A stretch of DNA of 64,000 bases from Raillietiella orientalis. Its lineage: Eukaryota. The stretch is from the NCBI GenBank assembly GCA_036172245.1, contig JAYWIR010000053.1:806001-870000 (forward strand), written 5' to 3'. This document shows positions 38,726 to 50,790 of this stretch, piece by piece (position 1 is the stretch's first letter; the number at the start of each line of letters is the position of its first letter). A program made the translations under genes and the position numbers. The notes under the pieces are model-generated. The model was not told the origin of the DNA and ran no database searches. It was given only the letters and a program-made list of their open reading frames with translations.

Positions 38726-40629
38726 CGGAAAGCAGTCGACTGCGTCGACCAGGAACTTCTGGAGATCCCGGAACTCCTGGGCTTTCCAGCCTCCTTGACG
38801 CCCTTTCTGTGCTCTTGCTGGAGCAATGCGCTAACCAACATTTCTTTCAGAGGAAAAAGCGCGTACGATGTGCCGATGCACCACGGGAGGCTGAAGGGCG
38901 ACAGCCTGATCCTCTTGCTCTTCAGCATCTACTTCGAGTTGGTGCTGAGGGCGTACGGGAAAACTCTGGCTTGCCTTCCACGAGCGTGTCCAGACACGCC
39001 GGCCGTGTAATCATATGCGAACGATCTTCTGCTGCTGCTCCCCATGTCCATCCTGGCATCGGAGCTCGAAGATTTCCTCGTGCTATTAAGCCGCGGCACA
39101 GGACTGCAGGTGAACAGGGCGAAATCGTATGTGGTAGCAGCCGGTTCGCCGTGGGCGGGGCTGCTGGAATGCCCGCTTGGGAATTCCTATGGTTCGGTAC
39201 TTTAAGTACCTCGGTGTACCGCTGGGGGACTATTCTCCGGCGGAGGCGTGGTCCAGCTGCCTCTAGAAGGCAGAATTGGCGATCGGCCCATTTCGGGATG
39301 ACAAGTTTCTATTTCAGGAACAGACCGCGGTGTGGAACGCGCTTGCGGCCATCCTCTTTCGCTCCCTACTTTTTCTTTCTCCCCACCAAGTAGCATTAAA
39401 TGGCGGGCGAAGGACTCCTTAGAATCGCCTTCTGGGACGAAGGGAAGCCCCGAGTCCGCCTGAAGGACTTGTGCGCTCCATGTCGTGAGGGAGTCCTCGG
39501 TGTTCTGACGTTGAAGCGTCTGAAGCGACAGCTGCAGTGGAGGACGCTTGGAGCACAAACTGGTGCGAGCTCGCACTATACCTGGTCAAGCGAGCCACTG
39601 CTCTACACGGAAGTGTCTTCGTTCCTGGCACGGCAGCGCAGACGCAACGTGTCCAGCTACGAGCTGGAGCCCCGGCGAGTGGCTAAGCTGACCGACACCA
39701 ACACCGGCCTGGATGTTTTACCGGCATGGGAACGGTAGTGCCTGCCTGGTTGCAGCAAACCGTTCTCACATGGTCCAAGAAGACCGAAGCGAGCCCGGAG
39801 ATGAGACAGCGACTGCTGCACTTCTTCTACAACCACCGCTCGCTGCAGGACGCCATCGTGCAGCTCACCACGTGATGAAGCGTCTCTTTGTGCGCGATGT
39901 CCTTTCGCCTGCTGCCTCCCTAGCAGCTCTTTGCCGCCTACGAGGGATTGTAACGGCCTGGAGCTACGCGAGAGGAGGACTTTGCGATAGAGACGCTCCA
40001 TCTGTTTCACCCTGAGCTCCATGAGGACGGCAGCTAGATGATCTCACTTGGGACATACTCAAAAGCAACTTGTCGGCATTCTGGAAAGGATGCAGAGGAC
40101 ACCCTTCCTCAACCCTCTTAATTTTGGGGTTCATTTTTGTTTTTTCTTTATTTTTGGTCTGCCCCCTCCCCCTCTGCTGCCGAGGCGAACCTCGCCGGCC
40201 TGCGTGCCGGTTACTCGGCAGGTTCCGATCGTTTTCGGACAATGTAGGGCCCATGGCCCCACACATGTGCGTTTATTTTTTATAATAAACGCCCCGTTGT
40301 GGCCGGGTGATAACCAAGCAGGTCACTCTACCGAATCAGTCCCTTTGCCCGGAAGCGAGGAGTAGAGGCGTCCACCAACTCGCTGGCCCTACAGCCATCC
40401 AGGAGTTTCTGGACTCCTGCCAGTCTGCGGAAGAACTCCCGCTCTGCCGGTTGGCTGCTGTGCCATTTCTTGCTCTGGAGGCATATAGCGCTGCAACAAG
40501 GGGTGTGACGGCTATCCGGGACCAGGGCGTCCAATCCTGCAGATCCCCCAGCGGTTAGCGTAGGAGACCCTGCTGCGGTCTCAGTACTGTGGGCGCACCT
40601 CCAAAGTTGCAACCCTGGACTAACCTGGA

Positions 40630-40870
40630 TGGATTACCCCATCATTCCAGGTAGGTTCTGGAATGCTCCTCTTACACTTGGGAAGGAGTCTCGAAGGGAA
40701 CCCCTCTCCCTGGCTGTATTCGAAGGGAACCCTGAAAAGACGATTCCAAATTTCGCTGAAGGGTGCTCCCTGGAGGGAGCAGTGCACCTTCTTACACTAT
40801 GGAAAGGCAATTCCCAAGGTAGGCTCCAACGAGCTCCATGATGCGGCTCCATTTTCTTGGCAGCCAACGC
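40630..40870 (+). mobile_element. Module B internal fragment (repeat region)
   Basis: Aligns with 55560-55820 (gagggtgctccc..cttcttacact..tgcggctccat); reads AVFEGNPEK. Confidence 0.75.
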
Positions 40871-43503
40871 GGGCGCGCGGCTACGGTTGTGGCGTCTTTC
40901 TCAGACAGACACTCGCACACTGACTCCTGCCATCCGTGAGCGGGCGACCCTATGCACCCTATTTGTGCATTTCGGTGTTTCCAAATAGGCTGGCGACTGG
41001 ATCTGCGAAAGTTCCCGCTGTGGCGTAATGAGACACTTCAACGAATCATCTTCAGGAAGGCGTTTTTCCTTTTTTCTTTGTTTCGTCTTTCCTTTTTTTT
41101 TTTTTTTTTTCGTTCTTTTCGCGTGACCATCGCTCGTGAAAGAAAATTTCTAATTATTCAATTCTTCAAGCTTGGATCCCTTTTTCGCCGTAGGTGTCAA
41201 AAGAAACGAAATGTGGTACGGGGAGCCCGCATACCCGGTCGGCAATAAATCAAGACCTCATCCGAAACCAAGGGCTTCGTGGAGGAATCACTTTCCAGAA
41301 GTGAACAGAAAGGTGACTTCTTTCTTGGACGTGAAATATGCCTGGATGTGAGAGTTCGCTGAGGAGCAAAGAACTCCTCAATCAGAGCGTTTCCCTGCTA
41401 GAATTGGAGTAAAATCAATAGGGAAAGAGCACTTGACTTTTGATGCATGCTCGCTGCTATTGATCGCATGCTTTCCATGATGTATGGAAAAATAACTGCG
41501 ATTAGTCACGAGGAAAATGGGTGCACACTGCCGGTAATGTGGGGAAACGCTTTGTGGGTTCACCGTGATGTTGGTTCCACTTTCTTCCTACACCGACCCT
41601 GTGAAACGTGGCTCCACCGGATTCCATGAACTGCTCCTTCAATATCCTTCTAATCCGATGTTATTCCTATTTGCTGCCATGCAGAGAAACAACGGATGCC
41701 TAGGAATCTGCATTCAGGCAGAAGAAAGCTCTTTCCTCTGTTTCCACCGCTCTTCGACAGGTCTTCGCCGGCACTGTCTCTGAGTGTCGTCCGCAACCCA
41801 CGTGGCCGCCCGACCGTTCTTCAAGGAGACGGCAGGTCATTCTTTATCGTGGCGCCATTTTCCTTGCCGACAGACACCTAAAAAACTTCAGGAAAGCGCG
41901 CAGCGCCCAAAAGGAACTGATTTCCTTTCCGGGGATGCTGCTGCTCATCCGCTTAGTCTTCGGTAGTGAACACTTTGGAAGCATAAAGGTGCAAGCGAAA
42001 CAACGGAAAACGCCCCCGCAGGACCGGAAATTCCGGTGTCTGACTGGCTGTAAGCAGCTACTGTGCATCCGAAACACGGCTTCCAGCAATCAGTAGTAGC
42101 AGCAAGAGAGACTCGGTCGTTTACCACGGCAAATTGACGCACGGTTGCCGTTTCTTTGGAACACACTGGTGCAGTGCACTGCCACGTCTAAGCAGTCATC
42201 AGGTTGGAATTCATCGCCGCCGCTGACAGGATTCAACAGGAAAGAAAGGGCGAGAGGGCACGTGTAATGCAAATGCATGTTGTAAACTCGACCATCGGAC
42301 ACTGCAGCTTCCTCCGAGATCAGTTTGTTCATCAGCACTTGCATCGGTCGGAAAGGACAGAAAATTTCCGAATGCGTTCCTAGGCATCCTCCCACCAGTC
42401 TTACCGCCGGTGGCTCGTGAGTTCGTCATGCTGAACAGCAGCCTTCCACAAGTGGTGGTCGCGCGGGTTCGCAGGAAAGGATACTCCAGGATGACGAACA
42501 GAGCGAGAGGCCTTCAGGAGGCAGCAAACGTTAACAAAACAGTGCTGGGAATTTCAGACGGCTCCTGCATATGATGGCCTCTGGCAGCGGGAAGGCATCG
42601 GTGGACTTTGCAAAAAGCGACGACAGTTTCGACACGCGAGCGCACTTGCAATGTGTGCAATGGGCGCCAGAATTCAAATTGTCAGGAGATTGTGGCTCTT
42701 TCGCGTGCCGATCTGTGGCCGAGAGCGGTGACTCGCTTTTTAGACTCCGGTTTCACCGCTCGGTTCACCCGAAAAAGAGAGAGAAAGAAGAATGACTCCA
42801 ACCGTGTCGACTGATTGCGCGGTACCGGATAGTCATCACTCAGATGCTTCGATTTCTCCCGTGCAGATACCACCATAAATACCGAAAATGAAGAGGGGCC
42901 ACTTTCTGCTACGGGGAACCCGCAGATGCAAGGCGGATCCCCAGCCAAAAGATAGAATTCTTCGAGAAAGGCTCGCAGAAATGTCGAACGAGAGCGCGTG
43001 GATAACAAGCAATAAATCTGTTGCTGATTACTCATCTGATCGGGAATTATGCGCTTCGGCAGTAACCTCCTACCATCCTGAAATCGATCTAAGGCTGAGG
43101 GAGACTTCTCCAGTGTGGCCGACAATTAATCAAATTGGTTTGATGCACGTTCGAGTCTTCCCGAAGACGGCAGCTTTGAAGTCACGTGAGAACAGAACGC
43201 AAATGGAGTCACATCACCACTGATTCATCTGCAGGCATTCTTCCATCTCCGAAAGTTGAAACCGGAGTTTCAAAAGGCGGAGAGCTCTTTCAGCCGGAAG
43301 CACAGTTGCTCAGAAGAGGAAGAAAAAGTACGCTGGAGCTGTGCGGTGGTAGGTTCCGCGGTGGTGCGCCCTCAGAGAGGCTCGGGCAAGGCATACGCAG
43401 TGTCGCTTCACCTTTCCGCAAGCAGCCAAGCTGAAGGTTTTTTAATTTCTAAGGTCCGTGAGGGTTTCGCGATCGAGAACATTCTTCTCGGTTCATCAAG
43501 GCA

Positions 43504-44320
43504 TTTTCATCCGGTCATGTCGGAACGCTTATTGTAAAAAACATTTACAAAAAAAAAGTCATCGTTGATATACCAATGTTGATATACGAATGGAACTGCC
43601 GCCTAACAAGCTCTGCTCTTCGTGGACCCCTCCTCCGATGAGATCCGCACAGGAAAGTTTGGGAAAGGGCAAAAAAACACGAAATTACTGCCAATGAAAT
43701 GTGTTGAGGGAGGAAAAGAATAAATTGCAGGTTCCTTTCTGGCGTCGTCAACATTCCCTGGAGGATGTTGGCAACTTCCTCATTTTGCTGGCAGAAAAGT
43801 GGCCATCTTGTCGCCTTCCTCAGGAAGGAGCGAACGATTGCGATGACGTCACCGTTCGACTGGCCTCTTTCGGCGCGGCGTTTTGCTGCCGCAACCCCAC
43901 GGAGGCAGCACGGAACTGCAAGGGACACTGCAGGCGACGTCGAGTCGCGAGCGAAGAGGCGCCGCAAGACTTTTCTGCTCTTATCCGTCGGGAGCAGCGG
44001 GGCCACAACGAAGCGTTCCGGGACACGCAGGAGGGCAACATAGCCCGACAAGAGGTGCGGGAAGGTTTTCCATTACGCGCACCTGGCACAGTCCGGGGCT
44101 GCGCTGCCCCTCGTCCAGAGGTGGACTCGTGCTTTGCATGGGATCGCCTAGGGTAGCAGCTGCAATGCCGAGTCCTATCACTCCAGGGGAAGCGTGGAGC
44201 TGTCCACAAGCACTAGGGGAGTCTGTACCTCTTCCAGGGGAATGTCCTGAAGCTCCTACCAACAAAGAATTCCTTTGAGAAGGACGGTGGAGGTACATCG
44301 CTAGCTGGGCATCCCAGTTG
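43504..44320 (-). mobile_element. LINE 3' fragment
   Basis: LCQVRVMENLP; LFARDSTSPAVSLAVPCCLRGV..FLRKATRWP; terminus aataagcgttccgacatgaccggatgaaaa. Confidence 0.88.
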
Positions 44321-45940
44321 CTTCTTCTTTCCCGCGATCTTGCACGCCTATCTCTCTCTTTACTTTGTCGCCTTGTCGCCTGGTGTCCAGCGTGGCAGCG
44401 AGCGCGGTGTCGAGGCACAGAAACGAAGGACAAAGGGGCGACCCATTATTGTTGTTGATCTCTTGGTCACCGCAAGCAGTTTAGGTCAACCAGTATCCTG
44501 CAGCCTGCAAATTCCGAGTTTTGTCCTCCTGCTCGGTGCCTGAAAGAGTGAAGGAGCGCTTCCTTTGTCCAAAGACAAATTGCAGCCGAGGACGCACTAC
44601 TCGGAAAAAAGAGAAACTCTGATTATTTGTCTCCTGATATACGACAGAGACGTCATTGGAGATGCAAATCTTGATGTTGGCAATGAGTTTTACAGATGGA
44701 ACAGGGAGACTTCAACGCTTGCGGCAGCAATAATAGAGGTTCTCCTCAAAAGGCCATCCGCAGCGTCGTCGAAAAAAGGCAATCTGAAAAAGATCTCCGA
44801 ACCTGACAATGCATCCTTAGCAGCTAAAGTTAAAACGAAAGGAAGAGCAGCCGATGGAGGGATGCAAAGAAAAGAATTCGGATGGTCTTAGGGCAAAGCG
44901 AAGCAGAGGAAGAAGGAAGCTTCTGCGCTCGTCATTAGCAAGCTTAAACAAGGATTTCCAGCCTTGGTGAGCATAGAATGCTTCCCACTCAAGAGGAAAG
45001 TGGCAATGCCGTTTTCAGAACTGATACATTAAGGATGGAAGAGATGCAGCATTTCGGTAGATGCAGCTCTATAGAAATGTAAAGAAACTTGATGTTCTCC
45101 TTCAAGCCTCTTGCTCTCAATCTATGAAGGATTGAAAATGTTCCATCTGTGATCTCGTTCTCGAAAGGAGATAAAACGTTGCCGTGACATTTAAGAGACC
45201 ACAAATGAAACCAAAAGGCACGGAGTCCAAAGAAATGTTTTCGTCTGTTCTCGAAGTTCTTTGAAAATATCCGACGAAAAACTCCCAGACTTCCTAACAA
45301 GAAGATGCAACTGCAAAAACGCCTTCAAGGCAACCAAACGCATTTCTTTTCCGCGAAAAGAAGGGTACATGTTTTTTATCCTTAGACGAAGAAGAATCTC
45401 GATGCAAAGTTTCCATCGAGACAGCAAATGGTGCAAAGTTCCGACGTCGTCTCAGGTGGAGCGTGAAGGAAAAACTTACTAGCTTGGATTCCTCGACACC
45501 AGACTGAAGATTTGTCCTTTGCATCCCACAGAAGGGTCAGACCGGGATGAACTCTAAGCAACGATGCCATCCACTCAGAGAGTTCCAAGAAAGAATTCAC
45601 TCGAGCGGTAGAGAAAGCTCGGCTCGGCTCTGCTCGAAGTCAAGCATCTCTCCTCGGCAATGGGAATGGAAGTTCACTGCAGGGACCAAAAAGCCCATCA
45701 TCTCCTCAACAGGCAGAAGCAGCCATCGCTTTCTGCCTCTTTGCGCGTAATTCTCCCGCATTTCTGCTCCTTCTCATCTAGTTTCTTTTCCAACCGACGG
45801 CAGCCTCTTTCACCTAATGTGCGGTGCATGCTGCAGTGTCTTCTTGGAGCATGGGAACAACGGAACGAAAATCCGAATGCCCCCGGGATTTGCTTAAGTC
45901 CTTCTCTCTCCAGGACTGCGCTGGCAGCCGGGGCTAAGAT

Positions 45941-47420
45941 TTTTCACCCGGTCATCCCTGGTAGTTGATGAAGTAAAAGTGAGATAAACCAGCTTGAAAC
46001 TCGGTTCCCAGCTAAAGACATAAGTTTAAGGAGATGATCTACAGACACGCAGGTCGGGGCATCTTGAAATAAGGAACAGAAGGTAGGGAACAATAAATTA
46101 AGGAAGGCAAGGGAAAAGGGTCACCGGTTTCTGCCGTTCCTCCGTTTCAAAACTGGCGCTGTATGCCTGCGATCTCCATCTCCACTTCCTCTTCCAGGCG
46201 AGGCGATCTAGCAGACGCCTTCATGTAGTCAAATGTCATAATAGTGACCTCCCTTCTCTACGTGTGCGTTTCCAGCACATGACGATGGCGTGGACTCAGC
46301 TCCATCATTGCGATGACTGAGTCGGTCGAGAGTCCTCCGGCCTTGAGGAACCGCCGTGGCAGGTCACGGGCAATGTTCTTCTGGCGCAGGAGCTCTGATG
46401 CCAGTCTCCTCCGCAGTTTTTCAATAGCACTGCAGTCCAGCAGGAGGTACGGTTGATTGCCCTCACCGTAAGTAGTTCGGGGACGCAACTTCCTCGGAAA
46501 CCACGTGCCGGTGCTGGTTGTGCTGGAGACTCCAGTGCAAGAGCAGCGGTACCTCGTGCTCCAGTTCAAGGGGGAACATCAGAGTGTCCGTAAGCAAACG
46601 AGGGACAGATAAGGAATGCATTTCTCTTGGAGACGCTGGTCGCACTCGAGGGTCCAGAGCAAAAACAGCATCTCACTTCAGGGGCAACACCGAAGTGAGA
46701 TGCTGTTTCGTGCATGAAGGATTGGACCTCCAGTTCCTCGAGGGCTGCACTTGAAGATTTCTTGTGCCAAAGAAGTCCTTTCCTCTGGAAATGAGGTGCG
46801 CTGGCGTCCACCAGCTCTCTCGCCTTCCAGCTGCCCAGGAGTTTGGTAGCTCCTGCGATGGTGCGGAAGAATCCCCACCTGTTGGTAGCAGCTGTCGTTT
46901 CTTTCTCCGAGGGCTGACAGAGCTGCAGCAAGAGGTATGGCGGTCAAGTTCCTCAACTTCTTCGGATCCTGCATCACTACTTCTAAAGGTTGACGTAGGA
47001 AGTCTCGCAAGAAGCGAAGTCCACTAGGCGCATTGCTTCGAACGCAGTCCAGTACACAACCGCCTCCCATCATCAAGCAGTGGTGTTCAGAAGGCGGCCG
47101 GAGATACACAGATAGGCTTCCAGAAGGAAGGCCAGTTGCTTCGAAGGAAGTCAAATCCCTGCATCCATGACTGGGAGCACGGCAATAACCAGAGCAGTCC
47201 TTTGCTGCTGGCGCATCGCTGGAGGATGAGACGTGCTGGCACATCAAACGGAGAAGTCCGCAGCTCGGCGCGAGACTGCAACATTCAAAACTGCACCTGC
47301 ACCTCGATTCCCTTTATCATTAGGGAATTGGTTTGAACTTCCTTCAGCATCAGGATATTCAAGCCGTCATCTCGACGCGGAGCAGCTAAGTCTTTGAGGC
47401 GACGAAGATAGAGTCAACGG
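45941..47420 (-). mobile_element. LINE 3' fragment, subfamily similar to 20978-22400 and 52000-52980
   Basis: LKDLAAPRRDDGL (~47370); PYLLLDC; UTR motif cccgacctgcgtgtc; terminus gaCCGGGtgaaaa at 45941. Confidence 0.85.
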
Positions 47421-49699
47421 TTAGAGTTTCCACGGGAGTAGCATCTGAAGGAAGCGAATTTCCCTAATGAAAATAAAAAGGCTTTCTTGTTGCATCTCTT
47501 TTGCAAAATCTCGCGTTCACGGAACGGCAGAAACGCCTGCAGGAATTCACTACTTTTCTTAGAGATGAATGGACACAGCAGATGTAAGCAACAATGGGAA
47601 CATTCTTTTCAGATACACCGTGTATAACCAAAGAATTCTTCCAGCAGGATAAGAAAAAAAAGCTGCAAAGAGGTACGAAGTCATCAGAATACATTTGCCG
47701 GAAAAAAAAAAATGCGGCCTGTAAGAGAAAGCTGGGATGCAGCCACAAAAACTGCAGCCGACTGTGGGCGGCGGTCAGCTCGACCGAATCAAAACGTTGT
47801 GCAAGATGAGAGAGATACATCTTCTTGATTTGCATCCCTCCATCTCGCCACACGACCAAAGAATAGTGCCATTCGTCTTCGAGGGTAACAGCAAGCCGCT
47901 GCCTTTTGCGCTTACGGGACGAATTCCCGACCAGCAGATGGTAGGAGCCATGGTAGGAGAGCTGTTCATGCGCAGGGAGACGAAACTCACGAAACTCTCG
48001 AAACAGCAGGCAGTTCGTTTAGCAATGGCACGATCAGCGATCAAATCCGCAGCTGCCAAAGCTCCGATGATGTCAGAGTGACCCCTCGGAAAACCACCAT
48101 GGAACCGGTGAAGGCGGTCCATGCTGCCCAGATCTGTAAAGCTGCTGAGCAAAAAGAATCCATGCCGAAGGTCTTCATACTTAGGAAAGTGCTCTGTTCT
48201 CTTTCCCCTTGGCAGAAAAGGGTCTTTTGTCCAGAATTCGTTTCCTATTGCCGATCCCGCACGCATAAAGCGAGACGGAGACCACAGCACGTCCATAGCC
48301 TTTGGTTTTCGGTTCTACGAAAGCACTTCTGTTGTTATGACTCGAGAAACACGCAACTGTCCATAGCCTTTGTTTTCTTGCGGCTCGCACCCACTTCCAA
48401 GCTTCTGCAACACGCCTTCACGATGTAAAAGAACTCCTTGCAGAGTCTGCTTGGCCGTGGATCCTTGAGACTTCGATCGGAATTTATTCCTCTTTCTTTC
48501 CAGGAAGATATTCTCCTGCTGGAGCTCTAGGTTTGAACCTTAAAGTCTGCAGGATTCTTCCACCCCTCTCCGGTGTGTGTTCGTTCCTCTAGAAATTCCT
48601 CTTCAGCTTTCCCATTCTGCTTTCATCTCCCTTCACAAAAGGAAACTATAGTCTTTCTTTTGTGGGAGACGCGTCTCCTCTCTCGAAATACCTTTTGTGG
48701 GACACACTCTCTGTGTTCAAGAACAGATTCCCCCAAGAGACCGTCGCTGGTTTATTGGCAGGATGTCCTTACATTTCGCTCGGCGACCCTCCGTGCCAGC
48801 AGTGGGCAGAATGCGAACAAAAAAGCCTGCCCATGGCTGGCATCAAGGGCATCCAGTCAGAAATGAAATGGATGAAAGCCCTTTCTCCATGATCGAAGAA
48901 CCAGGACAAAAGACCGGTGACAAAAGTGATCGAAGAGTACAGGCTGGTGTGATCACCCTTTAGCAGCAAATGATTCCAAGTTTTTCGAGCCTCATCCACG
49001 TTAAAGTGAACAGAACTTCCGCCCGGGTGCGTACCCTGTCGTCTTGCTCATGATGCCCGAAGCAACAGCAGCCACCACAAACAGCAGTGTGGGGCCCTCA
49101 TCGCAGGGGTGAGGCGGAAATCCAACGCGCGCGCGAACGTGCTCAAACGAACACGCGTCTCTGTATGGTCAAGCATGCGTACGGACGTGCTTGTAGAGAT
49201 GGTTTAATTGGTGCTTGAAGGTCATCTGTCCCGCCGATTTCGATTTTCATAGGTGACCTGCCTTCAAGGATATCTTGATAACGAATGCCTCTTAATGGAT
49301 ATCTTGCCATTTACGGGCTGAAGCAAGCGATCACCATATCTGCTGGGACCTGGACTTGGAAGGACCCACATGGGGCAGATACAAAGCAGACCATTCCAGA
49401 AACGCTCTTTGATTGCATGTCTTCGTCGGGCAGCACGTCTGCATTTTGCGTGGGAAGCTGCTGGACCCGGGAAAAAAGCCTGCAGCCTCGAGGGACGTTC
49501 TAGAAGACAAGGGAAGCTGCGGATTCCGCAGGCCGCGCGCGGACGGCTGAAACCAAGAGGCCACTGACCACCTACTCTCACGCGAGTGCTTCTTAACACT
49601 CTGTCTATCGCTCATGTTTGAGGTCAACCGACTTGGTTGGGTCTGATGGGTCGTCAGTACCGGCTCGCTTTGGGCTATCTCGAAGGGTGTCCATTCGTA

Positions 49700-50090
49700 A
49701 AACTCTATACCTAAACAATACTGTCACATAATGTATGACAGTAAGTTATATGGCATTGAATTATAACATATAATTATCAAAATTGTCAGCAAATTTTTTA
49801 ATATTTCTTTAAAGTGTGATAGCTCTCATGACAATCACCCTCATGTAACGGAACATTACGATATGTACAAACATCCATCGTAAACGGTCAGAATTTTTAA
49901 ATTTGTAAAGATATGGAGAGGTTATTGTACAGTTACAGGTCAGAGTAAAATACGAATGCTTCACTAAAAATTCAACAGACCCTTCTGGGGGATACATCTC
50001 GGCAATCGAAAAGCCTAAAAGTCGGCTATCGGTCAAAAGCGTTGGCATGGAAAAGCCTAATTATCGGCTTCCGGTAAAAAATGTGTTAAG
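49700..50090. other. AT-rich non-LINE island
   Basis: Abrupt shift in base composition; short palindrome tactgtca..tgacagta (~49720-49744); repeated gaaaagcctaa..tcggct. Confidence 0.6.
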
Positions 50091-50790
50091 GAGGTGAGAA
50101 TCCCTTAAACCAGCCTCCACCTCTCAGAACCAGCTAACACGCAAGAACGGTGGTTTCGTCCGTGTGGAGAATGAACCACGCAGCCACTCCGCAGGGGATG
50201 GGATCCAGATGTACCTTGGTAACTCTGGATAGCAGCAATCGAGGAAACGCCCACTCTCGGGGCAATCCATCAAAAAAGGGCAAAAGATGAGGAACGGATT
50301 TTCCTTACGGCTGCACGATTTTTGCTCGCAGCGAACGTGGCCACCAAGGGCTTCTAAGAATGCCCCCTGTGACCCCGGGGCTGCTGCTTTCGCTGATCTG
50401 CACGGGAGGACGTTCGGGAATTGGGACTGTGAAGGATGCCTCTCCTTTCACTGGCTCGAATAAGAGATCTCTTTCTGGGTAGCTCCTATCAATGCGCCGG
50501 GAAAGGAAGTGCCCTGCCGAGCTTCCGGAAGTTCCCTCCTCAAAAGGAAATTTGTCTGCTCGGCTGATTGACTAAATCCGCGTTTTATTTTATTTTATTT
50601 TTTCCCCTGCTGCGTTCTTTGTCTTGCCGAGCACCTGAAGAATTATAGCATGTTATTTAAGAAAAGCTCAGGATCCTCGTCTGCTTATATTTCTTCCTCC
50701 GTTTCCATGGTTTCATTTTGACAAATGCGTGCCTGGGCGTGTATTTTTTTCCTGAACTTTAAAGCTCGGAGAGATTTGGTTTGCTATTTT

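Larger units (their letters stand above)
35917..40120 (+). pseudogene. LINE ORF2 (APE endonuclease plus reverse transcriptase), disrupted
   Basis: LRVASWNVNRL, DLVLLQE, GVAFLL, ITNVYAP, HLIAG/FNI, PDH, DWDDLKVSVREFC, SNCRPITVLNADNKLL, YAVPGRSM, AVDMRKAV/DCVDQE, GDSL..LLFSIYFE, LKDLCAP. Confidence 0.9.
34178..40314 (+). mobile_element. Near full-length L1/Tx1-like LINE (~5.0 kb after removing three nested insertions)
   Basis: 5' end shared with 30431(-); ORF1 with a zinc knuckle; ORF2 with EN, RT and C-terminal tail; terminus AATAAAcgccccgttgtggCCGGGtgataac. Confidence 0.93.
41250..49000 (+). mobile_element. Very old near full-length LINE interrupted by younger copies at 43504-44320 and 45941-47420
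   Basis: Traces in the expected order: CQEIV (~42680), IEFFEK (~42955), KGDKTLP..RP (~45165), NQTHF (~45335), ICRKKK-CGL (~47700), QETVAGLLAGCP (~48740, zf-RVT-like). Confidence 0.5.
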
